A stretch of 64,000 bases of DNA from Deltaproteobacteria bacterium HGW-Deltaproteobacteria-2 (GTDB lineage Bacteria > Desulfobacterota > Syntrophia > Syntrophales > Smithellaceae). Shown in pieces: positions 38,510-47,503 of this stretch; the first letter of the stretch is position 1; each line of letters opens with the position of its first letter. The stretch is from the NCBI GenBank assembly GCA_002840505.1, contig PHBC01000001.1, forward strand, positions 703,738 through 767,737, written 5' to 3'. The position numbers and the translations under genes are program-made. A model generated the notes under the pieces. It was not told where the DNA came from and searched no databases. It saw only the letters and a list, made by a program, of their open reading frames with translations.

Positions 38510-39535
38510 ATGTCACCCGATTTATGGTCTCTTTATTCACTCATGCTTAAGTCCCGCTTGTTCGAAGAAGCCACAGCCAAACTCTGGCACGAGGGTTTGA
38601 TCTCCGGCGAGATGCACCTTGGAACAGGCGAAGAAGCAATTATCGCCGGTGTCGTTTCCCACCTCAAAGATGGCGATGCCATGGCATTGGACCATCGCGG
38701 CACTGCGGCAATGCTCATGCGCGGCATAGAACCTGTGCCACTCCTTCGCGAATTTCTTGGTTACAAAGACGGCCTTTGCGGCGGCATGGGCGGACACATG
38801 CACTTGTTTTCCAAAGAACATCTGGCCGCTTCCTCGGGAATCGTGGGCTCCGAAGGACCGGCCGCAGCTGGTTTTGCCCTGGCAGCTCAATGCTTGCGTC
38901 CGGGAGCAATTGCTGTTGCCTTTTTTGGTGATGGCGCCATGAATCAGGGAATGTTGATGGAGTCGATGAACCTTGCTGCGGTTTGGAAACTGCCGGTATT
39001 GTTTATCTGCAAGGACGACGGATGGGGCATAACCACCAAATCGGAAAGTTCGACTGGCGGAGATTTGAATGAGCGGGCGCGTGGCTTGGGAGTCCCCGCG
39101 GTTGATATTGACGGATGCGATGTCTCGAAGATGTGGGAAGCTGCAGGAATAGCGATTGAACGAATCCGTTCAGGCCAGGGGCCAATTTTTCTCCATACCA
39201 AATGTGTTCACTTCGAAGGCCATTTTCTGGGATTTCAACCGATAAGAATCGTACGAGATCCCTTAAAAGAAATGCCGAAAGTTGCCATCGGCCTTACAAA
39301 GTCAATACTGCGATTTGACGGTGCTGCTATACGCGAGCGAATTGCCGGTTTAAAGAATGTTATGTCTTCCGTTATCTCAACACTGCGCGACCCGCGACGT
39401 GATCCAAACAATGATCCAATTACTCGCACCCGCGTGTCCTTACAATCAGAGCCGACAAAACTGAAAGAAATGGAAGACCAAATGGAAAAAGATATAAATA
39501 ATATTTTGACAACCGTACTTGGGGAGGTGCAGTAA
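38510..39535 (+). CDS. thiamine-diphosphate-dependent 2-oxoacid/acetoin dehydrogenase E1 alpha subunit
   Basis: The TPP-binding motif is FFGDGAMNQG...N. The stop overlaps the beta-subunit start (TAATG). Confidence 0.8.
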   Translation: MSPDLWSLYSLMLKSRLFEEATAKLWHEGLISGEMHLGTGEEAIIAGVVSHLKDGDAMALDHRGTAAMLMRGIEPVPLLREFLGYKDGLCGGMGGHMHLFSKEHLAASSGIVGSEGPAAAGFALAAQCLRPGAIAVAFFGDGAMNQGMLMESMNLAAVWKLPVLFICKDDGWGITTKSESSTGGDLNERARGLGVPAVDIDGCDVSKMWEAAGIAIERIRSGQGPIFLHTKCVHFEGHFLGFQPIRIVRDPLKEMPKVAIGLTKSILRFDGAAIRERIAGLKNVMSSVISTLRDPRRDPNNDPITRTRVSLQSEPTKLKEMEDQMEKDINNILTTVLGEVQ

Positions 39536-40545
39536 TGAAAACAATGTCTTTCATACAGGCTGCTGATGACGCTCTTGCCCAGGCTATGGCTGAAGATCCT
39601 AACATTGTTGTCTTTGGCGAAGATATTCCGTTGCTCAGGCGTGACCTTCTGGTGCGCTTTGGACCTAAACGCGTGAGGGGAACGCCGATCAGCGAAAGCG
39701 CTTTTTTAGGGGCGGGGGTGGCAGCTGCCATGGCTGGATTACGCCCGGTTGTGGAAATGTATATGGTGGATTTTCTCGGAGTGTGCTGGGACGCTCTGCT
39801 CAACCATGCCTCTAAAATTGAAGCCTTTTCAGGAGGAAAATGGACCGCGCCTGTTGTGGTGCGCGCTCCTTGCGGCGGAGGATACGGCGACGGCGGCCAG
39901 CATGAACAATCTTTGTGGGGTATGCTGGCGCATATTCCGGGACTGACAGTAATGGTTCCGTCTACGCCCGCTGATGCTGGTGGCCTGATGCTGGCAGCGT
40001 TAAAACATGATGGTCCTGTTATTATCCTCGAGCATAAACTTCTTTCAGAGACATGGCTAGAGTTCCTGGGATCAGGAGCGCGAGAAACCGTTCAATTTGA
40101 TATCCCTGCCGAGGGAACAAAGGGAGAAGTGCCGTCTAAGTGGGAACCAATTCCCATCGGCAAAGCCGTTCTTCGCCGGGAAGGAAGTGATGTAACAATT
40201 GTCAGTTTAGGTCTAAGCGTGCACCGCGCTCTGGAAGCCGCAAAAACTCTGGAGACTGAAAGAATTTCAGCGGGCGTGCTGGATTTGCGAACCGTCTCTC
40301 CGTTGGACAAAACGGCAATCTGCAAAGAAGTTAAAAAAACCGGACGTCTTTTAGTGGTTGATGAAGATTATGAAACTTTTGGTCTTTCGGGTGAATTGTC
40401 AGCGATCATTTTGGAGGCTGGCATTGCCTGCAAATACGCCCGTGTCTGCACTCAGACAAGCATCCCTTACAGCCGTAATTTGGAAGATCAGGTTCTTCCT
40501 AACGTGCAACGTATCTGCACAAGTGTCCGCCAGTTGATGAAATGA
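39535..40545 (+). CDS. 2-oxoacid/acetoin dehydrogenase E1 beta subunit (transketolase-like)
   Basis: VVFGEDI...RVRGTPISESAFLGAGVAAAMAGLRPVVE and the pyrimidine-binding and C-terminal transketolase domains. Confidence 0.8.
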   Translation: MKTMSFIQAADDALAQAMAEDPNIVVFGEDIPLLRRDLLVRFGPKRVRGTPISESAFLGAGVAAAMAGLRPVVEMYMVDFLGVCWDALLNHASKIEAFSGGKWTAPVVVRAPCGGGYGDGGQHEQSLWGMLAHIPGLTVMVPSTPADAGGLMLAALKHDGPVIILEHKLLSETWLEFLGSGARETVQFDIPAEGTKGEVPSKWEPIPIGKAVLRREGSDVTIVSLGLSVHRALEAAKTLETERISAGVLDLRTVSPLDKTAICKEVKKTGRLLVVDEDYETFGLSGELSAIILEAGIACKYARVCTQTSIPYSRNLEDQVLPNVQRICTSVRQLMK

Positions 40546-40587
40546 TTATTATAAAAATATCAGGGAAACGACTATTAACACCAATTT

Positions 40588-40917
40588 TTAATTTTTTTCC
40601 AGAAAATCCAGTTCCTGTAAAATTTCTCTGGCCCTCTGAACATCTTCGGCTTTAACCAGCAGGCGAGCGTAAGCGCCCGCCCAGCCGATAAGAATTGGAC
40701 TTTCTCCTTCAAAAATATACGTGATGCCCTCACCGTCAAGAACAGATTTTATGAAAGCTATATCGCCCTGTTGATAAGTAGAATAAACTTCAACGAGATT
40801 GACATAACTCACTTCTTCCATAAGTTCCGGCGGCTCTTCAGCAACCAAATCTGTTCCACAATCGGTGCACTTATAAAAACCTTCTCTGTATTCGCTTTTG
40901 CATTTGGGACAGAACAT
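40588..40917 (-). CDS. zinc-ribbon + DUF2007-like (putative signal-transducing) protein
   Basis: N-terminal CPKC...CTDC ribbon. The C-terminal part (VEVYSTYQQGDIAFIKSVLDGEGI...) is DUF2007-like. Confidence 0.55.
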   Translation of the reverse strand: MFCPKCKSEYREGFYKCTDCGTDLVAEEPPELMEEVSYVNLVEVYSTYQQGDIAFIKSVLDGEGITYIFEGESPILIGWAGAYARLLVKAEDVQRAREILQELDFLEKN

Positions 40918-40942
40918 ATTATTTGCTCACATATTTAGCAAT

Positions 40943-41473
40943 TTATGGCAGATACACACCGGTCCCTATAAAATAGTCTGTCCCTGGAATAGGTTCAACA
41001 TAACCCAGTTTTTTCTTTTCACCTTTTGTACCGGGCTTCACCCAATAGAATTCGACGAATCCGCCACCTTTCTTTGCGGCTGCACTCAATTCGCGAATAA
41101 CATATTTCCCTTTTACATCTTTATGATCATAAAGATTCTTGCCCTGTAAATCTTTTTGTGTCGCGTGAGCAATATTCACGCACTTGAAATCATAACCATA
41201 AAAATATCCCGAGTTATCCGGATAAAAACGTATGGGACTGACAAAGGCGCGGATCAGAACAATACGTTCGTCTGCAGTCTTCACATCTTTTAAAATTTCA
41301 CCTAATCCCAAAGCGGTTGCATGTACGACTGTTTTTGCTATTTCTTTGTAGCATTTGATAGATTTGTCTTTATCTGCCGAAAAACAAGTGTTTGTGTTGA
41401 TGGAAAAAAATACAGCTATAAGCAATATAGTTGCTCCAATTATTCCATAACTTTTAAAACTTTTCTTCATCAT
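40943..41473 (-). CDS. secreted single-Cache (sCache_2-like) domain protein
   Basis: Signal peptide, then YFYGYDFKCVNIAHATQKDLQGKNLYDHKDVKGKYVIRELSAAAKKGGGFVEFYWVKPG. There is no output domain. Confidence 0.65.
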   Translation of the reverse strand: MMKKSFKSYGIIGATILLIAVFFSINTNTCFSADKDKSIKCYKEIAKTVVHATALGLGEILKDVKTADERIVLIRAFVSPIRFYPDNSGYFYGYDFKCVNIAHATQKDLQGKNLYDHKDVKGKYVIRELSAAAKKGGGFVEFYWVKPGTKGEKKKLGYVEPIPGTDYFIGTGVYLP

Positions 41474-41500
41474 GGTAATCTCTCCTTATTGTGTTGGCGG

Positions 41501-42310
41501 TTATTGTTTTACTTCCTTATATGCCACAACAATCCAATCGTTATTAAAGAAGTGAATTGTTTTCCAAACAGCCTGCTTCTTTACGACATTTTTTGTTCCT
41601 TGAGCCTGAAAAATATAAAATCCTTTCCCCTTGTTCTTTTTAATCATCTTCTTGCCCAGAGAAATCAAGTCAGGATAATCTTTATAAAGAGGATCGGAAA
41701 AGATGTTCAACCCGATCTGGATCACATCTGTTTCATAAAGAATCATACCGTCTTTCTGCATTACCCAGCATTTTACCCCGAATTCCTCTTCAATTGACGC
41801 CGCAACAGAATGAATTACTTCGTCCGGTTTTACCAGTATGCTGACAGAACCAAGAAACTTCTTTCCTTTTGAAAATATAGGGTGTTCAATATCAATCGAT
41901 TTTATGCCTTCGACGGAAAGGAACAAATTCCCCATGCGTGGTTTTTTTGTCTTCATCATTTTAATGATAGCTTCCTGCTTAGAGATATCTGAGCCTTCAT
42001 AACGACGGTATTTGCCTGGTTCGATAATTTTCATAACACCTTTATTATCAATGAATGCGGAATCGATTACAAAAGGTTTGCCTTCATTGACATTTTTCTG
42101 AAGAAGCTTTCTTATTTCAGTTTCATTATTGATTCCAATCTTTCCTGTTTCCTTCGCGACAAGAGAAATAGTATTACCTAGATTATTCAGGATACTCAAG
42201 ATGCCTGTTTCGATTCTTGAGGCTGCATTGTTTAGATTATTCTCGGCAAATACCTGTCCCGCTGTGGAAAAAACCAGGCATGCTATAATAACAAGCGCAA
42301 GACGTTTCAT
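41501..42310 (-). CDS. secreted Cache/PDC-like sensor-domain protein without output domain
   Basis: Signal peptide MKRLALVIIACLVFSTAGQVFA and two PDC-like halves. Start trimmed to comp. 42310 with GGAGGGA SD. Confidence 0.55.
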   Translation of the reverse strand: MKRLALVIIACLVFSTAGQVFAENNLNNAASRIETGILSILNNLGNTISLVAKETGKIGINNETEIRKLLQKNVNEGKPFVIDSAFIDNKGVMKIIEPGKYRRYEGSDISKQEAIIKMMKTKKPRMGNLFLSVEGIKSIDIEHPIFSKGKKFLGSVSILVKPDEVIHSVAASIEEEFGVKCWVMQKDGMILYETDVIQIGLNIFSDPLYKDYPDLISLGKKMIKKNKGKGFYIFQAQGTKNVVKKQAVWKTIHFFNNDWIVVAYKEVKQ

Positions 42311-42417
42311 ATATCCCTCCTTATTTTTTATTGAAAACAAAAATTATCCTTTTCAAGAATGACAAAAACCAGCACAGTAATATTATATGTTTTGCCAGGT
42401 ATCATTGCAATTTTTCC

Positions 42418-42831
42418 TCAGAATGAATATGTGCCCGACGAGAAAGGGACGCTTGCCATTCCAGCACAAATTTTCCATTTTTCATTTTCTTTAACAAGCG
42501 TCAGAGCGTAACGAAAAAGCGTTTTCACTTTTTCCTCATCATTCTTATAAGAAACAGGCATTTCAACAATCACGCAGGCAAGCGTTGGAGAAGCTTTAAC
42601 ATAGAGATTGCGACGCTTGCCCCAGCGGATATCACTCATGCTTTCGAAATCCTTTTTGAAGGCAGCTCGAACATCCTTAGTTGTTTTAAAAATTTCGTTG
42701 TCATTAGTGCCCAGCACCATTATTGGTTTTGATTTTGTCAGCACGGCCAGGCATCCCTCGATATCTTTTTTCGAGTAACTGTTGAGAAAAATTGTAACAG
42801 CTTTCAACGCAGCATTTTCCTCCTTAGTCAT
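42418..42831 (-). CDS. SnoaL/NTF2-like fold protein (DUF4440-like)
   Basis: 137 aa with the alpha+beta cone pattern (...KWKICAGMASVP). Weak assignment. Confidence 0.4.
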   Translation of the reverse strand: MTKEENAALKAVTIFLNSYSKKDIEGCLAVLTKSKPIMVLGTNDNEIFKTTKDVRAAFKKDFESMSDIRWGKRRNLYVKASPTLACVIVEMPVSYKNDEEKVKTLFRYALTLVKENEKWKICAGMASVPFSSGTYSF

Positions 42832-42939
42832 TGTTAACCTCCTTCTTTTGTTGGTACAGTGTTTTAAAATGCATAATATTAATTAACAATACCTGTATTG
42901 ATTTGGCGATTAATAATTATTTGAGTCGAAAACCCGTTG

Positions 42940-43731
42940 TCAAATGGCTTTAGAAACACAAATACGGTAATGAAGATAGGCAACAAAACCATCCGGCGTA
43001 AGTTGAAAAACATTTTCTATTTCTCCAAACTGTCCCTTGACCCTGCCGCAAATTTTCTCCAACGATTGCAAATCGAGCCCGTATCGCTGTCCCAGTGCTT
43101 CAGAAGTTAATTTCAGTGGCGGCGCTGGACATGTATCAATCATTTGCCAATCAGTAATTGCCATATTATCGTGCAGTTCACTGATTGTAGGATACCATTT
43201 TTGAGTACGCATTTCTCTATACAGAAAATTGATACAACGGGCTTCTTCCGCATTTTCAAAGCAGGCGGTTTGATGGATGAAAATTTCATTTTCCCGAGCC
43301 TGATTGCGAATGTGACGCAATATAGAAATCAGTCCATCCTTGCCGAAATAATGCAACACCGATCGCATAATGAAAAAAACATTTTTATCGATGGAGGTCA
43401 GATCATTTCGGCTAAAGTCGGAAATCGAACGATTTACGCAAAAGATACCGCTTTTTCCCATTGCTTCCAGTTGAGTTTCGGAGCAGTCGAGATTTACCGG
43501 AATTATATTTGTCGTTATGCCCTTCGTAATCAGTTCCAGGAGTATAAAACCAGTTCCTCCTCCCAAGTCCACCAGCAAATCCGTATGCGACCCTAAAAGA
43601 TACTTGGTTATAGTCGCTACAAGAGGATGAGCGATAACGGAGCTTGAAAAATATCCTTCATGCATTTCATTCCATTTTTGTCCGTGAACGCCTATTTCGC
43701 GATTTATCTGTTCATTTATATTCATATGCAA
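42940..43731 (-). CDS. class I SAM-dependent methyltransferase
   Basis: Motif I is LVDLGGGTGF. It has a Rossmann-like core. Confidence 0.7.
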   Translation of the reverse strand: MHMNINEQINREIGVHGQKWNEMHEGYFSSSVIAHPLVATITKYLLGSHTDLLVDLGGGTGFILLELITKGITTNIIPVNLDCSETQLEAMGKSGIFCVNRSISDFSRNDLTSIDKNVFFIMRSVLHYFGKDGLISILRHIRNQARENEIFIHQTACFENAEEARCINFLYREMRTQKWYPTISELHDNMAITDWQMIDTCPAPPLKLTSEALGQRYGLDLQSLEKICGRVKGQFGEIENVFQLTPDGFVAYLHYRICVSKAI

Positions 43732-43801
43732 CCTTGTCCATCAATTAATGTAGTAATGATACCACAGGAATCATACGTGTCAATCTGGTTCACAAGAGCT
43801 A

Positions 43802-43830
43802 TTGACTGCTCGATAACCTTCGGTTAGAAT
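43802..43830 (+). promoter_or_regulatory. sigma70-type promoter for the PEBP gene
   Basis: TTGACT (43802-43807), 17-nt spacer, TAGAAT (43825-43830). It ends 76 nt upstream of the ATG. Confidence 0.5.
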
Positions 43831-43906
43831 GTCACATTAAATTTATCTCAGTTGTTCAAACACGAGAAAGAAATAAAATTGATGCTAATAAAAAGGAGGG
43901 GAGATT

Positions 43907-44359
43907 ATGGAAATAATAAGTTCGTCGTTTAAACATGAAGATATGCTTCCAGCTAAGTATGCCTATGAAAATCAAAATGTTTCGCCGTCACTTTCCTGGA
44001 GCGGTGCGCCAAAAGAAACTAAAAGCTTCGCGCTCATCTGCGATGATCCCGACGCGCCCGTAGGTACCTGGGTACATTGGGTAATTTTCGATATACCGGC
44101 AAATATTAACTCTCTGCCGGAAAATGTGTCTAGGCAAGAGGAAATTGCGGGGACAGGGAAAAATGGCAAAAATTCTTACGGGAATTATGGCTATGACGGC
44201 CCTTGTCCTCCGGGCGGCACGCATCGTTATTATTTTAAGTTGTATGCTTTGGACACCATGTTGAATCTTAAAGCGGGATTAACAAAAGAAGATTTGCTCG
44301 CAGCAATAAAGGGACATGTGCTGGCGGAAGCGCAGGTTATGGGCAAATATAAAAGATAA
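43907..44359 (+). CDS. YbhB/YbcL family Raf-kinase-inhibitor-like (PEBP) protein
   Basis: ICDDPDAP...WVHWVIFDIP...GYDGPCPPGGTHRYYFKLYALD. Confidence 0.85.
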   Translation: MEIISSSFKHEDMLPAKYAYENQNVSPSLSWSGAPKETKSFALICDDPDAPVGTWVHWVIFDIPANINSLPENVSRQEEIAGTGKNGKNSYGNYGYDGPCPPGGTHRYYFKLYALDTMLNLKAGLTKEDLLAAIKGHVLAEAQVMGKYKR

Positions 44360-44363
44360 TTCC

Positions 44364-44471
44364 CCAATTTTAAAGGAAGTTTTCGCCATATTGGCGAAAA
44401 CTTTCGGCAAGGTAAAGGTCTATTAATTATGCGCTCCCCTCAAAGGGATGCGCTTCCGATCAAAGCGCTAT
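44364..44471. repeat. 108-bp structured repeat, left copy of an inverted pair (partner 63721-63827)
   Basis: About 85% identical by eye to the reverse complement of 63721-63827. That includes the identical 24-mers AAGTTTTCGCCATATTGGCGAAAA and ATGCGCTTCCGATCAAAGCGCTAT. Internal hairpins are GTTTTCGCCA-TAT-TGGCGAAAAC and GCGCTT-N7-AAGCGC. Confidence 0.75.
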
Positions 44472-44521
44472 TTTTGTTGGCACAGCCTGCCCCGGCGTCG
44501 GCCGGGGTTGTCGGCTTCCTC
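44466..44521. repeat. GC-rich palindromic module shared with 34232-34277
   Basis: TTTGTTGGCACAGCCTGCCCCGGCGTCGGCCGGGGTTGTCGGCTTCCTC with hairpin CCCCGGC-N4-GCCGGGG. Confidence 0.6.
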
Positions 44522-44593
44522 ATCATCTTTGATTTAGAAATGGGGATATGGAATAGGGGATGATATCATTAACATTAATGGCCGCATGATGAT

Positions 44594-45976
44594 CTAAGCT
44601 GGCTTTTTGCCATCTACAAATAATTGCTCAATCCGGCGACGATCAATTTTACCGGTGGCTGTTCTGGCTATTGAAGAAACAATTTTAATGCGACGGGGAA
44701 CTGCGTAAGGTTCCAGCATATCAATTAAAAGCTTTTTTACGTGGGTTTCAGTCAGATCACAGGCAATGACCGCTGCAATTAAACTTTCCCGTCCTTTATC
44801 CGTTGGCATCGCTATCACAACAACGTCGCTGACTGTAGGCAATGTTTTTATTTTATTCTGTACATCCAACAGGTCAACTCTTTTTCCGGCGACTTTTACA
44901 ATGCCGTCGGCTCTGCCCAGAAGAACAAAACGGCTATCCTTGTCTTCACGTGCATCATCACCGGTCATACAGAAACCATTAGCATCACGTTCCATTTCTG
45001 ACGAAGCAAAATCGGATTTAACAGACAACCTGCGGCCAACCAACTTCCATGATACAACATCAAAAGCCTTCCAGCTATCTGTATACTCACTAATACAGCG
45101 CGCAGCAATGCCGCCTGTTTCCGTGGAACCGTAGATTTCCGTAATTCCCACTCCTGTTTTTTTTAGGAAATACAAACCATCGGAACGATTCAGAACACCG
45201 GACGAAGAAAACGCGATTTTGAGAGAAGGAGCGGACAAATTATCAACTTTCAGGGCGCGGTAATGAATGGGCACGCTGACCAGGACAGACGCTTTATGTT
45301 TATTGATCGTGGAAATAATTTCCTGCGGGAATGTATAAATATCCGGCAGTACCCGCGCATGAGCGACAAGGGGAACCAGAACAGAGAAAAGCAACCCATA
45401 AATATGATAAGGCGGAATAGTGGCTACAAAAAGGTCCTTATCCGACAGAGCAAATTTTTCCTGCAAATAAAAAGCTTCCGCTAATAGATTTCGTGGAGTT
45501 TTAGACCAGACTTTCGGTTTGCCTGTTGAACCGCCGGTGAAAAGACGTAAAAATGGTTTGTCCGGATCGCGGACTAACTCCGATTTAATGTTTTCTATTG
45601 CAGCGGTAACCGGTGTTATTACTTTTACACCCATCGGCATTTCTTCCGGCTGATCAGCAATGGCAAAGTCAAAACCTACAGCATCATACATTTCCGCCAG
45701 AGCATGAGCGGACAAGGAATAAGGCAGAATTAGCTGACAGGAGCCGGCCAGTGAGGCCAGTACGCAAGCGGCGGTAACCGCTTTGTTTGTGGTGCAAAGG
45801 CAAAGAGTTTTTTCTGTGCCGTGACGTGCCAAAGTTTTCTTAAGGCCTGCGGCCAATTCAAACACATCGTTGTAACTGTATCCGGAAGAAGTAAAATCTT
45901 TCTGAAGAAAAGTTTTGGATGGCACCAGAATTTTTTTGTATAATTTGATAAAAGAATCTTTTTTTGCGTCGGTCAT
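44594..45976 (-). CDS. short adenylate-forming (AMP-dependent) acyl/aryl ligase, ApeH-like size
   Basis: Core motifs are FTGGSTGKPKV, YGSTETGG and a C-terminal TATGKIDRR. At 460 aa it is shorter than FadD-type ligases. Confidence 0.8.
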   Translation of the reverse strand: MTDAKKDSFIKLYKKILVPSKTFLQKDFTSSGYSYNDVFELAAGLKKTLARHGTEKTLCLCTTNKAVTAACVLASLAGSCQLILPYSLSAHALAEMYDAVGFDFAIADQPEEMPMGVKVITPVTAAIENIKSELVRDPDKPFLRLFTGGSTGKPKVWSKTPRNLLAEAFYLQEKFALSDKDLFVATIPPYHIYGLLFSVLVPLVAHARVLPDIYTFPQEIISTINKHKASVLVSVPIHYRALKVDNLSAPSLKIAFSSSGVLNRSDGLYFLKKTGVGITEIYGSTETGGIAARCISEYTDSWKAFDVVSWKLVGRRLSVKSDFASSEMERDANGFCMTGDDAREDKDSRFVLLGRADGIVKVAGKRVDLLDVQNKIKTLPTVSDVVVIAMPTDKGRESLIAAVIACDLTETHVKKLLIDMLEPYAVPRRIKIVSSIARTATGKIDRRRIEQLFVDGKKPA

Positions 45977-46001
45977 ATCTAATAAATAATATTATTTAAT
46001 C

Positions 46002-47357
46002 TTATAATGTATGATGGTACTTTAAATAATAATGCGAATTTTGCCAACTCGTTTTCCCCGCCTGGTTTAACTTCATCACTACATAGAAATTAAATCGATT
46101 TAAACAAACAAATGATTTCAGAAGACGATAGGGATAGGCCGGAAAGGAATAAATATTTTTTTTAATAAAATTATCCCCCCTATAAACAGTTTCTTCCTCA
46201 ACACCTCTGGTTTTATGAACGACATGAGAAAATCGATATTTTTCCCAGTCTTTCGGAAAATCTGTATGAATCAGACGCCCCTCATTATCTAATTTTTCCA
46301 TTAATTCCGTGCCCGGAAGCGGGGTCAGTATGGTGATCTGAACAATATCGACTCCGGAAGTTATCACATCTCTGGCCATTTTCTTATAATAATCAGGAGA
46401 TTCGAAATCGTTACCCACGATAAAGGCCCCAAAAACCCCTATGCCGTATTTATGAAAAGTATCCACTACCTTCTTATAATTCTCAGACCCTGTCTTAAGA
46501 TTAATTCCTTTTTTCATGTCTTTAAGCATGTCCGGATTGGTCGTTTCAAAACCTATAAACGCGAACATACAGCCGGCCTGTGCCGCCAGCTTAAGCAGCG
46601 GTTCATCTGAGGCTGCATTGATCGATGTCTGCATTGCCCATTTTTTATTGAACCCCCTTTTGATCATGCCTTCAAATAATTCCTTGGCCCTTTTTCGGCT
46701 TTCAGGGCTATAGCCGATCAGGTTGTCATCGAGAAAAAGAACGAACCTCCCCTGAATTTCGTCGAGTTCTTTTAATACATCTTCTGGGTTGCGTTGCCGA
46801 TAGTTTTTGCCCAGGTAGTTGGAAACCGAACAAAAATGGCAGCTAAAAGGACAGCCGCGGGAAGTTTGGATTGGACTCCAGAAATAATCAGGATGAATTA
46901 AATCGCGCCGGGGAGTAATCTTTGATTGTGCCAAATCAAGCCTGGGACCTATGTATTTTGGTTGCAGGGTATTATTTTCAAAGTCACTGATCACTTTATC
47001 CCAGATACCTTCCACCTCACCCACCACTACGGCATCTCCATACTTTAAGGCTTCATCAGGTACCATAGAGACATGAATTCCTCCAAAAATGACTTTGATT
47101 TTCTTTTCCCGGTAAATCGCGGCTATTTCATAAGCCCTGTTGATATTGCTGGTAAAGGCCGTGATTCCCACCAAATCCGCTTCTTCAAATTCAAAGGGAG
47201 TAAAGTTCTCATCCCATATTTTAACCGACCAGTTTGAAGGGGTAACGGCAGCTACATAAGCTAGGCTTAAAGGAGGGATATTGGAAATTTTGCTCAGAGC
47301 CATTCCACTCTTGCGGCCCATCGGATTTATTAATAACAGTTTCTTCATGGTTACCAT
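46002..47357 (-). CDS. B12-binding-domain radical SAM enzyme (class B)
   Basis: The N-terminal cobalamin-binding-like Rossmann region is ADLVGITAFTSN...VIFGGIH. The CxxxCxxC cluster motif is TSRGCPFSCHFCSV. The start may instead be the ATG at 47348. Confidence 0.8.
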   Translation of the reverse strand: MVTMKKLLLINPMGRKSGMALSKISNIPPLSLAYVAAVTPSNWSVKIWDENFTPFEFEEADLVGITAFTSNINRAYEIAAIYREKKIKVIFGGIHVSMVPDEALKYGDAVVVGEVEGIWDKVISDFENNTLQPKYIGPRLDLAQSKITPRRDLIHPDYFWSPIQTSRGCPFSCHFCSVSNYLGKNYRQRNPEDVLKELDEIQGRFVLFLDDNLIGYSPESRKRAKELFEGMIKRGFNKKWAMQTSINAASDEPLLKLAAQAGCMFAFIGFETTNPDMLKDMKKGINLKTGSENYKKVVDTFHKYGIGVFGAFIVGNDFESPDYYKKMARDVITSGVDIVQITILTPLPGTELMEKLDNEGRLIHTDFPKDWEKYRFSHVVHKTRGVEEETVYRGDNFIKKNIYSFPAYPYRLLKSFVCLNRFNFYVVMKLNQAGKTSWQNSHYYLKYHHTL

Positions 47358-47503
47358 CTCTATTTTATTCTATAAAATATTGCTTGTTCATGGTTGGACT
47401 ATAAGAAACCCTGTCTATATGTCAATTCTATCCTATTCTGAAACATCCTCTGTGCCTTCCATCAGCTTTTTCAGGATACGGTGTGTTTTCGTTAAGACAG
47501 GGT

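Noticed and set aside
38533-39803. Cluster of about 8 antisense or alternative-frame ORFs over the E1 alpha gene
   Set aside because: They are explained by locally high GC, which leaves few stop codons in any frame. The sense frame carries the TPP-binding motif.
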